DNA of 64,000 bases, taken from Octopus vulgaris (taxonomy: Eukaryota). The DNA lies in contig OX597824.1 of the NCBI GenBank assembly GCA_951406725.2, positions 70,618,001 to 70,682,000 on the forward strand, read 5' to 3'. How positions within the stretch are numbered: position 1 is the first letter of the stretch; each line of letters opens with the position of its first letter. The translations under genes were made by a program, and so were the position numbers. Shown in pieces: positions 24,133 through 36,342 of this stretch. Under the pieces are notes generated by a model that saw nothing but the letters and a program-made list of their open reading frames with translations, had not been told where the DNA came from and made no database searches.

Positions 24133-24630
24133 GCAGGTGTGGCTGTGTGGTTAAGAAGTTTGCTTCCCAACCACAGAGTCCTGGGTTCAGTCCCACTACA
24201 TGGTATCTTGAGCAGGTGTCTTCTACAATAGCCTCGGGCCAACCAAAGCCTTGTAAGTGGATTTGGTAGACAGAAACTGAAAGAAGCCCATTATGTGTAT
24301 GTGTGCATGTTGTCCCCCACCACTGGTTGACAACTGGTGGTGGTGTGTTTATGTCACCTGTAACTTAGTGGTTCAGCAAAAGAGACTGGTAAAATAAGTA
24401 TCTTTTTGACTAGAAATTCTTCAAGGTGGTGCCCCAGCATGGCCACAATCTAATGACTGAAACAAGTAAAAGATATTAAAAAAAATGTGCAGCTGTAGCT
24501 GTGTGGTTAAATAGTTTGCTTCCCAGCCATGTGGTTTTGTGTTCAGTCCCATTGTGTGGCACATTAGGCAAGACTCTTCTACTATAGACTCAAAGTAGCC
24601 AAAGTCTTGTGAGTGAATTTGGTAGAGAAA
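24133..24630 (+). mobile_element. Two tandem SINE A copies (one full, one 5' part)
   Basis: Heads near 24135 and 24490; tail near 24425-24475. Confidence 0.75.
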
Positions 24631-25346
24631 AATTATGTGTGTATATAATAACTGAAAATTTCTACATCTGTATGAATTCAAAAAAGAAATCAAATGTGAT
24701 ATATATGGTGTACCTTCTTTACTCTTTGCTCCTCTGTGACAGCTGACCACCAAGGACAAACCACGTATGTGTGTGTGTGTGTATATTCTTCTGACATCAC
24801 ATAATGGTTGTGAATGTCATTGTCATACAAGCAATGTCGTTTGTTTCCAGTCTTCCATGAAAACAGGTGAGGGTTGGTGACGGGAACAGCATCCAGCCAT
24901 TGAAAATATACCTCATTGAATTTTTATCTGACACAGGCAAGCATGGAAAAGTAGACATTAAAACAATGATGATGATATGTATATATTTTATAATATATAC
25001 AGGGTGTCTCAGAATTAACTATTTCAATGAAATCAGAGAATTTTTTTAAAAACTCACTTTTATTTATGTTTATCATGTTTAATTTGTGTTAAAAGTATAT
25101 AAATTTTTTATTTTGTTTATAATTTTATAATTTTTATAATAATTTTATTTTCACTCCTGTCAAATCCTGCTTGTCTGTCCACAATAGCTTTTTTTTTTTA
25201 TTATTTATTTGTATTTTTTCAATTTGGCTGCAATTATTTTCTCTACCTCTCTCCTCTGGGTGGATCAATAGTTTAGCTGAACTTAGAGAACACATTCAAT
25301 TAGAAGTGCAGGAGATAACTCCTGAAATGCTTCAAAATGTATTTAA

Positions 25347-25567
25347 CCCTTTAGCATTTAAACCGGCCATATCCGGCCAAAAGTATTCTGCCTGTTTTAT
25401 GTTCAAACTGGCCAGATCTGGTCTCTCACACCAACCCTACAATATCGTTTTAAAAATTAACAGCTACCTCATTAAAATCTCATAGCTACAAGATAATGCA
25501 TGATTAGCTCAAATCAATGTAGATGAAAAAGCATTAATTTTGGCAGAATAATGCGAACACTAAAGGG
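25347..25567. mobile_element. TTAA-flanked MITE nested in the Tc1/mariner element
   Basis: TTAA|CCCTTTAGCATT...CTAAAGGG|TTAA. Confidence 0.8.
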
Positions 25568-25694
25568 TTAAAGATAGATTTGAAATTTTTAGGGAAACAG
25601 AGCACATGTTGAAAATTTTCAGTAAAGTTTTGACATGAAATTTATAAATTTATTTGTTTTGGTATCATAATTAAGTAATGAACTTGAAATTCTG

Positions 25695-26260
25695 TCGTCG
25701 TCATCATCATCATCATTTAATATCCATTGTCCATGTTGGCATGGGTTGGACAGTTTGACCAGGGCTGGCAAGCTGGAAGCCTGCACTAGACTCCAGTCTG
25801 ATTTGGCATGGTTTCTATGGCTGGATGTCCTTCCTAATGCCAACCACTCCAAGAGTATAATGGGTGCTTTTACGTGCCTCCAGCATGCGTGCCATTTGTG
25901 TGAAACCAGTATCTGCCACATCTATGATTTTACTTGGCTTGATGGGTCTTCTTCTCAAGCACAGCATAATGCCAAAGGTCCCAGTCATTCATCATTTCCT
26001 CCATGAGGTCCAACACTCAAAGGGTGCTTTTCACATGCCACCAGCATTGGCCACCTTGCCTCCACGAGACCCAACACTCAGAAGGTGCTTTTTAACATGC
26101 TACTGGCGTGAGTGCTCGTTACACAACACCAGCATCAGCCACGACTATGATTTCACTTGGCTTGATGGGTTTTCTCAAGCACAGCATATCACTAAATGTC
26201 TCAGTCACTAGTCATTGCTTCCGTGAGGCCTAAAGTTCAAAGATCATGTTTCACCACCTG
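25695..26260 (-). mobile_element. RTE-type LINE 3' UTR, older subfamily
   Basis: (CAT)n tail, conserved terminus and degenerate modules on the minus strand. Confidence 0.75.
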
Positions 26261-27079
26261 TCAGTTTTTTTTCTTCTTAATTTGCCAAATTTCATTGAAA
26301 TAGCTAGTTAATTCTGGGGTACCCTGTATGTATATATCTATATGTATGTGTGTGTGTTTGTGTATCTATGTATGTACATACTGAACCCATGTAGACATGG
26401 AAAGTACACCCTAAATGAGACAATGGTTTGATGTTAATATTATATGTGATGTTTGTTGCTAGAAACACAAGAACAATGTGTTGAGGAATGATACATTGAG
26501 GTTTGCATTGTTACTATGACCCTATATTGAGTGTTAATTCAGTTTCATTCATTGATATTTGATATATCAATACCCAGGATTCAAATAACCGTATGATGTA
26601 TGTTCACATTTCTCACATTCATTGAGTTATTTGCTAAATCCATTTATTCAATGAAATATTAGTTATTTTGTAACATACCACTGCATACACACAGGCAGCA
26701 TACAGTTAGTCCTTCACACTATAGGGAGAAATCCTTTGTTGCCAGCAAAGGTAACAGCTCCCTGATCTCTTCCACCCCATTCTTCCTGTGGCTACTATAC
26801 TGGTGGAACTTTCACCCCCACCATCACCACTGCTAATTAGGTCACCTAGGTAAAAAACAAAAAAGCTATCAGTTACATCTAAGGAGTCTTTTGGCTATTT
26901 AAGATACTATTTACTATATGCTCTTTATGCTTATTACCCTTGTGCATCTGCTACATTGAAGTCTACCTTCCCCTTTAGCTAGCATTTCATGCATTAATAG
27001 AATTCACTGAATTTCTACCTACTCTGGATATCAGGCACAAATGTTCCTTTGGTGAGACTACAGTCTTGTCTACTTTTGT

Positions 27080-27650
27080 ACTTAGGTCTCTGCTCAGTTT
27101 AGTTTGAGGCTTCTCAATTCCCAGTTTTCACCTCTGAGATTGGAATTCCATCTCTAAATCTTCCACAGATTCAACTACAAAGATTAGGTCCTCACCAAAC
27201 AGAAGCTCTCCTGGAACTTGAACAGCTGGTCTTAAACTACCGTCATGGCCTGTAGGACTGTATTGAAAAGAAAGTTGTTGAGGACTGAGTACTGATTGAT
27301 CCATTCCTAGATATTATCATTAATTTGTCACTAAACTCACTACTGACTCTCTCACCTTGCTGACATAGTGTGTATGGCTCACACAATTCATTCAGCAATT
27401 TCTAGCTTCTCTTGGTGACAACCAAATTACTGAGCATGGGACTTTGATAAAAGGTCTTCCTCAGTTCAACAAATACTAAGTAAGGTGGCTTAGTCTTACC
27501 TAGGTATTTCTCCTTTACTTGTCCCTCTAGTGAGATAGCATCAGTAGTCATTCTTTTGAGTGCAAATACAAACTACATTTCATCTAGGTTCTCTTCCTAA
27601 TCTGTTCAGTTACGACTCTTTCTAATAACTTACAGAACCTGGTCCAGTAA
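27080..27650 (-). pseudogene. Heavily decayed RTE-type reverse transcriptase core
   Basis: KLLERVVTEQIR...TTDAI...QVKEKYLGKTKPPYLVFVELRKTF (cf. FVDLEKAF) and ELLFGEDLIFVVES (cf. LLYADDL). Confidence 0.7.
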
Positions 27651-28887
27651 TTTGATGCTTCTGCAATTGCCTGTCTCGAGTGCATGACTTTTGCCCATGT
27701 AACAGTTGATGATAGTTCAGCTACACCAATTGTTGGGTGTGGTACCTTCCCATGTAACCTGATTGACAATATAGGTGACAATACACACACACAGCTATGT
27801 GGCCAAAGAAGTCTCTATGCCGTTGTTTAACCTACTCAGAATAGCTACTGACTCTCACTTAAACCGCTCTCATGTAGAATCAGAACAGGCAACTACTTTC
27901 CTTTACAGATGTAGGCAAAGTACTCTCGACCTCATAGAAGTTTCCACACATTCAAACCGAACCGAAGGCTACATGGTTGGGAAGTAAACCACTCAACCAC
28001 ATGGTTTTGCCTTAAATGTTCAACTTCTTGGAATTTACTTTTCTCAACCAGAGTGGAGAGATGAGAGGAATATTCATCTATGATAATAAAAACAAAAATG
28101 CTTTTTTTTTATGTTTGTTTCATTTATTTACTGTTGTTGTTGTTGTTGTTGTTGTTATTTCATGGTATAAAGCTTCGTAATAGTTGTATTTGTTTTTACA
28201 TTTTTTTTTTGTGGGGACACGCTATGTGTGTGTGTGTGTGTATTTATGATTTGTTTATATTCTAAAATACCATATTGCTATTTATATTATTTATGTGTGC
28301 AGTATTGCCACAGACACTCGTGTGTGTGTGTGTGTGTGTGTATAATTTTATTGTATATAATATAAAACAAATTTGAATTAAAACAAAATAATAAAGCAAA
28401 AGAAATGGAAAGAGCGGGAGAGAGAGAGAGAAAGAAGAGGAAGGAAGAAAAGAAGGAAGGAAGTCATTGCTTATGTATCTTCATCTCATCAGTTTGACTT
28501 CCAGCCAAGCGTGGTGTAATGCAGCCGTGAAGTCGGAGATGGTGGCGACACTGGCGGTGATGGGGATGGGGGGGGTCCTATGTTGCTAACGAGTTGCCAT
28601 CTTCAGACACCGTGTGACTTTGCTTCTTAATGAAAGAAACATTTTATAGGCTCTTTTACTCTCTGTTTCTATCCACATTGAAACTTTATCATCATCGTTA
28701 TTATTATTATTATTATTATTTGTTATTTGCCCTTCCTCACCCTCTCCACTTCCCCCAGCGCTATAACCATTTCGTTCCAAAGTGTCGGTTGGAGGATGTG
28801 GGAGGAAGGAGGAGGTGGAAGAGAACAGAGTATAAAACTTTATTCATTGTATTATTATTATTATCATTATTATTATTGTTATTATTA

Positions 28888-28936
<49 letters not shown>

Positions 28937-29274
28937 TGTCGTTTCAGTTTTTATATTTCTTGATTTATTTAGATATAGTGTGGGTAGGGAAGGGTGAGAT
29001 ATTTCTAGCTTTTTTTTTTTTTTTGTTTGGTGGGGATTTTTTTTTTGGTATGTGTTGTCTTGTGTGTTTTTTGGTGGTGAGGTATTTTTTTTTAAATATA
29101 TTTTTTTTATGTCCATGAAAGAAAAATTCAAAAATTAAGAAGCGGAGAAGTGATGTGGACAGGAAGAAGGAAAATCATTTTAGAATGGGTGTTTCTTTTA
29201 CAAACAAGTCTGTGATGTGTGTTAATTTGGTGTTTCCTTGTGGTGTGTGTGTGTGTTTTGTTTATGTATGTATG

Positions 29275-29317
<43 letters not shown>

Positions 29318-29729
29318 ATGTATGCGTATAAATATGTGTGTTTGTGTGTGTATGTATAATATATATATATATTGGAGTCTTGGAATATTTGCATGGACTT
29401 ACTGAGTTTAGGAAGTGGTCTTACTTGGTTATGAGTTGACTTTCACCTTGTAAGTGTGTATACATGTATGTGTGTGTGTTTATTATTAAGGTGAAAGCGA
29501 CTGATAGGTGAGATAGCAGGCATAAAAAAAAACAAACAACAAACATGGGGAAAAAGGGGATATATATATTATAAAATAGGTAGGTGTTTTTTTAATATTT
29601 TTTTAATTTTTCAACTCCCGGGATGCTTAAAGAAAAGTCCAGTAAGAGAATTAAATGTTACTGTAAAGAATGTCACATCTCATTGAATCCAAGGGCCCAG
29701 TCTTCAGTGATTCAACTGTGCTGCTATTT

Positions 29730-29885
29730 TTTTTTTCTCTCCTTGTTTTTTCTGAGTCCCTTTCTGTAGAAGAGTGTAGGCTCGAAATGTAGAAGACTTT
29801 TTCTATTCCTGAGCATTATACTAATACATGTGTTTGTTTTGTACACCACCTGTCTTCATCTTTTGTTTTTTTCGTAAACTCTCCC
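29730..29885 (+). mobile_element. Penelope-like terminal repeat fragment with decayed hammerhead-like motif
   Basis: TTTCTGTAGAAGAGTGTAGGCTCGAAATGTAGAAG, homologous to 3800-3966. Confidence 0.45.
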
Positions 29886-30058
29886 AATAATAATGATAAT
29901 AATGTTGTTGTTTTTGACAACAACGGCGGTCACCATCATCATCATCTAACATTCGTTTTCCATGCTGGCATAGGTTGGACAGTTTGATAGGAGTTGGTCA
30001 GCTGAAGAGCTGCCTGGGCTCCCTGTCTATTTTGGCGTGGCTTTTTACAGCTGAATGT

Positions 30059-30159
30059 AGTGATGAGAACGTGGTAAACAGTGATGAGAACGTGGTAAAC
30101 AGTGATGAGAACGTGGTAAGCAGTGATGTGAACGTGGTAAGGAGTGATGAGAACATAGT
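30059..30159. repeat. 21-bp minisatellite (AGTGATGAGAACGTGGTAAAC), about 5 copies
   Basis: Direct tandem units, the first two identical. Confidence 0.9.
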
Positions 30160-30427
30160 TTCTAATAGATGCACAGTTTTTAACCCTTTGGCATTCAGAT
30201 TACTTTGTCAGCTGTAATGCTTATATACTCACAAAGGTTTTAATTAAGCAGACACTGTCCTGTAGCTTCAGGTGTTCGATGGTGTGATTATTTTTTTTGG
30301 AAAGACATTGTAGGAGTAGATGTGAGAGGCTAGATAAGTTTTGTTTTTTTTTTAAAAAAAAAGGGCTCGTATGATTCTTTTGCAATATATTTACTTCAGT
30401 TTCAACATTCTTTCTCTTTTTCTGTTT

Positions 30428-30478
<51 letters not shown>

Positions 30479-30863
30479 ATATCTTTCGGTCTGTCTGTGT
30501 CTTCCTCTATCTTTCTCTCTCTATTTTTCTGTCTTTCTCTATCCCTTTCTCTCTCTCTTTGTCTCTGTATCTCTGTCTGTGTCATTCTCTATCACTCTCT
30601 CTATCTCTGTGCCTCTCTCTCTGCCAGTCTCTAACTTTCTAACTGTCTGTCTTTCTCTATTCCTCTCTCTGTCTTTATGATGTCTATTTATCAGTCTTAT
30701 CTGTCTCTCTGTTTTTGTGTGCCTCTCTCTCACCCTCTTTTTGTCTCTGTATCTCTGTCTCTCTTTTTCTCTTTGTCTGTGTTTTTCTCTATCCTTCTTT
30801 GTGTCTCAATTTTTCTCTCTCTCTCTCTTTCATATAATTTCTGGTTCATTACTAATTCTATAA

Positions 30864-31665
30864 CACTGGTCAATACATATTTTCTGGCGCAAGGTTTGTC
30901 AATGGTTTTTTGCTAATTTTGGGTGAGGCATCAGATTTTGTCAATCACATCAGATTTTTGAGATATAAAATATTTTAGTTTTGCTAGAAACAGCTATTTA
31001 ATGCTCATAAAGGAAAAATTAAACATACGTAAATGCAATTTTTAATAGACAATATATCTTTCTTCTTTTAATCTAATAAACCAAAATACAAAGTTGTGTG
31101 AGTAAATGCACATTAGCATGTAAGAATTATACTTGGTGATAACAAAGAATGAATACAAAATTTCTGTTCATTGTAGTCGTTCATTCTGATCATCTAATTA
31201 CTGCAAGAACTTCCTCTTCTTTGATGATCTCGTGAGCACAGCTTCTGGAATGTCTCTCATCAAACTCCAGTAGTAATCTGCAATCATGTTTAAATCCCAT
31301 CAGCCTTGGTAGTGTTCTTCCATTAGTTTTACATCTTGATGAAAGTGTTCACTTTGTTTGTCGCTAGCATCACCCAGGTTCTCAGTAAACTCATCCAAGT
31401 GACTGTGTGAGTAGTGCAATTTAATGCTCATTCTACACCCAAGCACTTGAAAACTCAAGAGCAGCTCCTCCACAATCTCTTAATAGTTTTCAGCTTTCCT
31501 GTTCCCAAGGGAATTCTGCACCACATCAGAGAAGGCATTCCAAGATCTAGTCTCTGCCGCACTCATTGTTTTAAGAAAATGTGCATCCTTGAGGAGTATT
31601 CTTATGTGAGGTCCATCAAATATTCCTGCCTTCTTCTTCTTCTTGTCACTGAGACTTGGAAAGCT

Positions 31666-31702
<37 letters not shown>

Positions 31703-32467
31703 GAAGCAGTCTCCACTGTGATCAAGAGATTTGATGAATTGCTTCATCACACCAATTTTCAACACAGGTTTTGCAAACTTTTTGGGAAGCCCAGGTTTTG
31801 TCCTGGTCCCCGAGTGTTACTTTAAAGTAAGCAAGATACACCTTGATAAAGTTATTAATGTTGCATCTTTGTGCCTGTGTAGTGAAGTTTCCACAGATGT
31901 AACAGAAGATATCAAGGTCATTACAGCATACCCTTTTTTATGTTATATCCATAATTAGATCACAGTGGTTCAGTTCACACCTGAAAAGAAGAGGAAGGGT
32001 TTTAAAGCAAAACTCAGCTTAACCCTTTTGTTACTGTATTTATTTTGAGATACTCTGTGTTTCTTTCAATTACTTTAAATATAATAAAGAATTTAGTAAA
32101 ATAACGTAGTTATTAAGCAAATGTTAGGAACATAAATTGTGACTAAGGTTTGGTGGAAGATTTTAATTCAAAACTTATGAAAACAAGACATTTGTACTCA
32201 GAGCCATTTGTACTCAGCTGGGTTGGTAATGAAAGGGTTAAACATATTCAACATTAGCATGACAGTCCAGCCAAAATTCTTGCAAATAGTGGTGTAAAGT
32301 TAACTTTGGGAATTCTCCAGGTAAATAAAGGTATATACCAATGAGAGAAAGATGTCATGTGATAGAGCAAATCTGAGGTCAGTTTTGAAATTAGCTCCCA
32401 AAAATTAGTCTAAAACAGCTCTAAGATTTTATAACAGAAAATAAAAGTTTTGTTTTGTTAAGCAGTG
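30864..32467 (-). mobile_element. Chapaev3-type (CMC) DNA transposon, internally deleted, with pseudogenized transposase
   Basis: TAA|CACTG...CAGTG|TAA termini and 3-bp TSD. Minus-strand LKIGVMKQFIKSL...AGIFDGPHIR...MSIKLHYSHSHLDEFTENLGDASDKQSEHFHQD...MIADYYWSL. Superfamily assignment is from recalled motif and terminus patterns. Confidence 0.72.
32023..32237. mobile_element. Second TTAA-flanked MITE family, nested in the Chapaev3-type element
   Basis: TTAA|CCCTTTTGTTAC...GTAATGAAAGGG|TTAA. Partial relatives near 33470-33590 and 59166-59310. Confidence 0.75.
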
Positions 32468-32573
32468 TAATTGGTGTTTTTCTTCTTACTGTTTTTTTTT
32501 TACTATTCTATAATTCTATAATTATTATGTATTATTATAATTCTATAATTATTATGTATTTTTACTCTTTCAG

Positions 32574-32604
32574 GAGTTCTCCGCTCAAGAAGCTTACCTT
32601 CCTT
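32574..32604 (+). other. Candidate 31-nt microexon
   Basis: Acceptor TTTTTACTCTTTCAG and donor GTGAGT bracket GAGTTCTCCGCTCAAGAAGCTTACCTTCCTT, which is open in all three frames and more GC-rich than its flanks. Confidence 0.45.
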
Positions 32605-33923
32605 GTGAGTACAATATTATATACACTCTTCTTTTGCAGTCAATGTTTATTTCTTATATAGCCACAACCATGATTAAGACACCACCTCCCCTAACACTAC
32701 CAGTCTAAATGTCTCTTAAAATGTTCCCTTCAATCTCACAAGAACCGTTTTCTGTTGGCATGGCTGAGTGGTTTGGGGTTAAGAAGTTTTGCATTCAGTC
32801 CCACTGCATGGTACCCTGGGCAAGTGTCTTCTTTTTATAGCTTGTGAGTGTGAGAGTGTTTCTGTCTGAGAATATTTCTGTCCTGGCATTGTGTGATTGT
32901 TGTAAGTGAATGCCATTCATTTCCAATATTCTATTCTATGAAAACATATCTGGCTTTAAGGAAATATTATGTTGCTTTGAAACAGGTAAGGGTTGGCAAA
33001 AAGAAGGGCATCCTGTCATTGAAACCCTGCCTCAATAAACTCTGTCTGGCTCATGCAAGCATGGAAAAGGGAACGTTAAATTGAGGATGAATCAATGGAT
33101 GAGAGACTACACTTTCCCTGAATAAAATACCAGGTTATTTTTGTTTATCTATTTATTTATTTATTTGGTTAATCTCCCTGGTGAGCATGGAGAAAGGAGC
33201 CGTTCTTCTAATCTTTGCAGGCTCTTAGACTAGTAAGCTTGGTGTTGTAGGTCAACACTTGGTGGAATGAAACGAACAAGGGAAAGATTCCCAAGGGGTC
33301 AATGTCCTTGGAAGGAAGTGTTGGAGTGGAAGTTGGATCTGAGTGAGTCAGAAGTGATTGAATGGTGGAGATAGAACAGCCAGTTCCATAGAACAGAAGC
33401 CATTATAGTTGTGTGGTGCATGTCTCAGTGATTGTACTTTTGGTTACCATTACTTTTCTTGGAATACACTACCTTTGTTTCAATACATGAAGAATTTAGT
33501 AAAATACCTTTCTCCTTATTAAGCTGGTGTTTGGAACAGAGTTTAGTATGAAATTGTGATGGGTGATTTTAATTTAGATCACTTTAAAGGTTTTGGACAG
33601 CCCAGGGCTATGGTAGAAGTGCCATTCAGTGGGACTGAACCCAAAATGTGGTTGGGAAGTAAACTTCTTACCACACAGTGTGTATGTATGTGTGTGTGTG
33701 TAGTCCAACCCGTGCTAGCATGGAAAACGGACATTAAACAATGATGATGATGATCAAGATTAATCAGCCGAAATTGTGAGGATGATCCGGTTCTTGACTG
33801 AAGATTAGAGGCTTTGAATGATCCGTCCGTTTTTTGTATCATCTATTTGAATGTTTTGCGTTCTTGTCCCATTTTGTATTTTTATATATATTTTTTATAC
33901 ATATATTATAGATAGATAGATAA

Positions 33924-34960
33924 ATAAAACTTACTTGGAAAAGGATACATGGCGTTCAATCATATAATAATATAAATAATATATATATATATATGCATAT
34001 ATACATATGTATATGTACGTACTTACATGTATACGTATATACATATGCATATGTGGGCACAGGATGTCACAAAACGTAAACAACAAAAAATGCGAAGTAC
34101 AGGGACATGGGATATGAACTTTTTTTGTGAACAGCGAAAGAAACAAATAGAAAACAAGACAAACAACACAAAGAACGACCCTTCATCAGTTGTCAACTGT
34201 TTTTCTAATCTGTATTTCGAGCAATTCATGACAAGATATGCCTTCAATAAAACAGTTGCTCCTGCAAAGCAAATTAAATAAAATTTGGGATTTTGCTGGT
34301 GGTCGAAATTGGTGACATATACAGGACAGTAAAAACAAACAGGAAGGGCTGCTAAGCCTAAAAGGGGTTGTGGTGGCGAACGTGAGGAAACAAGCTTGGA
34401 CAGGATACAGACAAGAATATGTCTTCCTTGTCCAGCTGCAGCAGGAAGAAAGAATGAAATGCAAGTTAGGAGAAGAAAGAAAAATGGTCAATTGTCGTGT
34501 GGGAGCCACGTGAGTAAAGGAGGAAGAGTGGGGGAGAGAGAGTGACAGACAGAGAACTGTGAAGGGTGGAGGAAAAGATTTGGAGATAGGATAAGAGAGA
34601 AAAAAGAAAGGGAGAAGGGGAGGTAAAAGACTAAGAGAAAGGAAGAGAAAACGAAAGAGTAAAAGGATAGAATAGTGGGAGAAGAGGAGGTAAAAGAATA
34701 AGAGGAAGAAAAAGAAAAAAAACACTAGAGTAAAGGGATAGAATAATGGGAGAAAAGGGGGTAAAAGAATAAGAGAAAGGAAGGGAGAAAAACGAAAGAA
34801 TAAAAGGATAGAATAGTGGGAGAAAAGGAGGTAAAAGAGAAAGGAAGAGAGAAAAAACAAAAGAGTAATAAGAAGAATAGAGAGTCGCATCAGAATTAAG
34901 ATAAAACTTACTTGGAATAGGATGCATGGCATTCAATCATATAATAATATAAATAATATA
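33924..34960 (-). mobile_element. ~1-kb element with 60-bp terminal direct repeat and hammerhead-like motifs (Penelope-like or retrozyme-like)
   Basis: ATAAAACTTACTTGGA...AATAATATA at 33924 and 34901 (3 mismatches in 60). Internal minus-strand motifs at 34183-34258 and a purine-rich tandem repeat at 34610-34880. Confidence 0.45.
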
Positions 34961-35510
34961 CGTATGTATGTATATATTAGTGTATGAATATATGTTCATG
35001 TGTTTACATGCATCAGTTTATGTATATGTGTGTGTGTTCTGTTTGTGGCTGCAACAGAGATGCATTTCCCTTTTGCTGCACTTGGAGTCTTGTTCCTCTA
35101 TTAACTTTGGTAAGGCCCCAATTTCTTGTTGTTTGTGTCTACCAATAACACCAATGTAGGTGAGTGGTTTTTGTCCTTTATTAGGCTGCAGCGGTCTCCA
35201 AATTATAATAGCTAGTATGTCCTGGTGTTCAGCACAATAACAGTTGCCAGCAAACCTTATCCTGCAGTGAGCAACAATAGTAGAAATGGATGGATTGTGT
35301 CCATAAATTTCCTTTTTTGATAAGTACTCAAAACATTTATAAGAGAAATATATCAGTACTTGTTGATTCAAGTCACTTGAAGTCATTTCTTGATTTCCTT
35401 TTTTTTTTTTTTTTTTTGGTGCAATAAATTGTTTTTTTTTACCTGTGCACTTCTGGTTCTTGTGGTCTAAAACAAAAACCTACCTTTGTTACAATATGTA
35501 TGTGTGTTTA

Positions 35511-35730
35511 TATGAGGGGATACTGAAAAGTTCCTGGCTTTGGGTGAAGGAAAATACAGCAGGACCAGCTAATTATGATTTTATGCAACATATTTCCCTC
35601 TCAGATTCACACACTTACTGCAGCGGCTCTTCAGGTTTTCTAAGCCCTATAAAAGAACTCAAAACGTTGGGCCTCTAACCAGGCCTTTTGTGATGCCCTT
35701 AAAGCCAGGAATTCTTCAGCACCATCTTAT
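35511..35730. mobile_element. mariner-type MITE
   Basis: TATGAGGGGATACTGAAAAGTTCCTGGCTTT and AAAGCCAGGAATTCTTCAGCACCATCTTATA form imperfect TIRs with TA ends. Confidence 0.6.
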
Positions 35731-36004
35731 ATAGTTGTGTCTGTTTTATTTCAAGTTTGTTTTTCTACTCTAGCATGGTTTAGGAGGTAATTGAAGTAGG
35801 ATTTTTTACACCTAGATGCTCTTGTTGTCACCAACCCTTTTCCCTATTTTTCAAGTAAATGTATTTTTTTCTTAATTTGAAAAGGCAAAGTTAGCAGAAA
35901 TGGGCATGGAGAATACCAACAAACAACTGGTTGCAGTCCTGCCACAAAATAGCAATGTCCCCATTTGTGGCCATAGCTCTGCAGAGGGTCATAAATATTA
36001 ACAC

Positions 36005-36342
36005 AGACATGGAGACCCCTTTTGGTCATGAATGACCATGGGATTGCACCTAGAAAGTTACCCTCCAAGGCACAAGTCCAAGCAAGGTTGTTTATGGAAG
36101 ACTGACAGTCGCCCATGCATATCAGCCTCCCCTCTTCACACCACCGATGTTATCCAAGGAAAAGGCAAAGGCCACTACAGCTTGGTACCAGTGATGTTAC
36201 AATTCATTTCTACCACTGAGTGAACTGGAGCAATGTGAAATACAATGTCTTGCTCAAGAACACAACATACAGCCCGATCTGGGAACCGTACTCACTACCT
36301 CATGATTTTGAGCTCGATGCTCTAACCACTGAGCCATGCGCC
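36005..36342 (-). mobile_element. tRNA-SINE related to family C
   Basis: Minus strand reads GGCGCATGGCTCAGTGGTTAGAGC...GTTCTTGAGCAAGACA. Confidence 0.7.

Larger units (their letters stand above)
25000..26326 (+). mobile_element. Internally deleted Tc1/mariner element with two nested insertions
   Basis: TA|CAGGGTGTCTCAGAATTAACTATTTCAATGAAAT and ATTTCATTGAAATAGCTAGTTAATTCTGGGGTACCCTG|TA form TIRs. Residual transposase C-terminus INSLAELREHIQLEVQEITPEMLQNVF is present. Confidence 0.75.

Noticed and set aside
30059-30159. C/D snoRNA suggested by repeated GTGATGA boxes, or an SDENVVN coding repeat
   Set aside because: No paired D box or terminal stem. It is a simple 21-bp tandem adjoining a LINE-tail fragment, with no splice or start context.
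34186-34932. 248-aa hydrophobic membrane-protein-like ORF
   Set aside because: It derives from a pyrimidine-rich tandem repeat on the minus strand, so the F/L/S/P bias is compositional.
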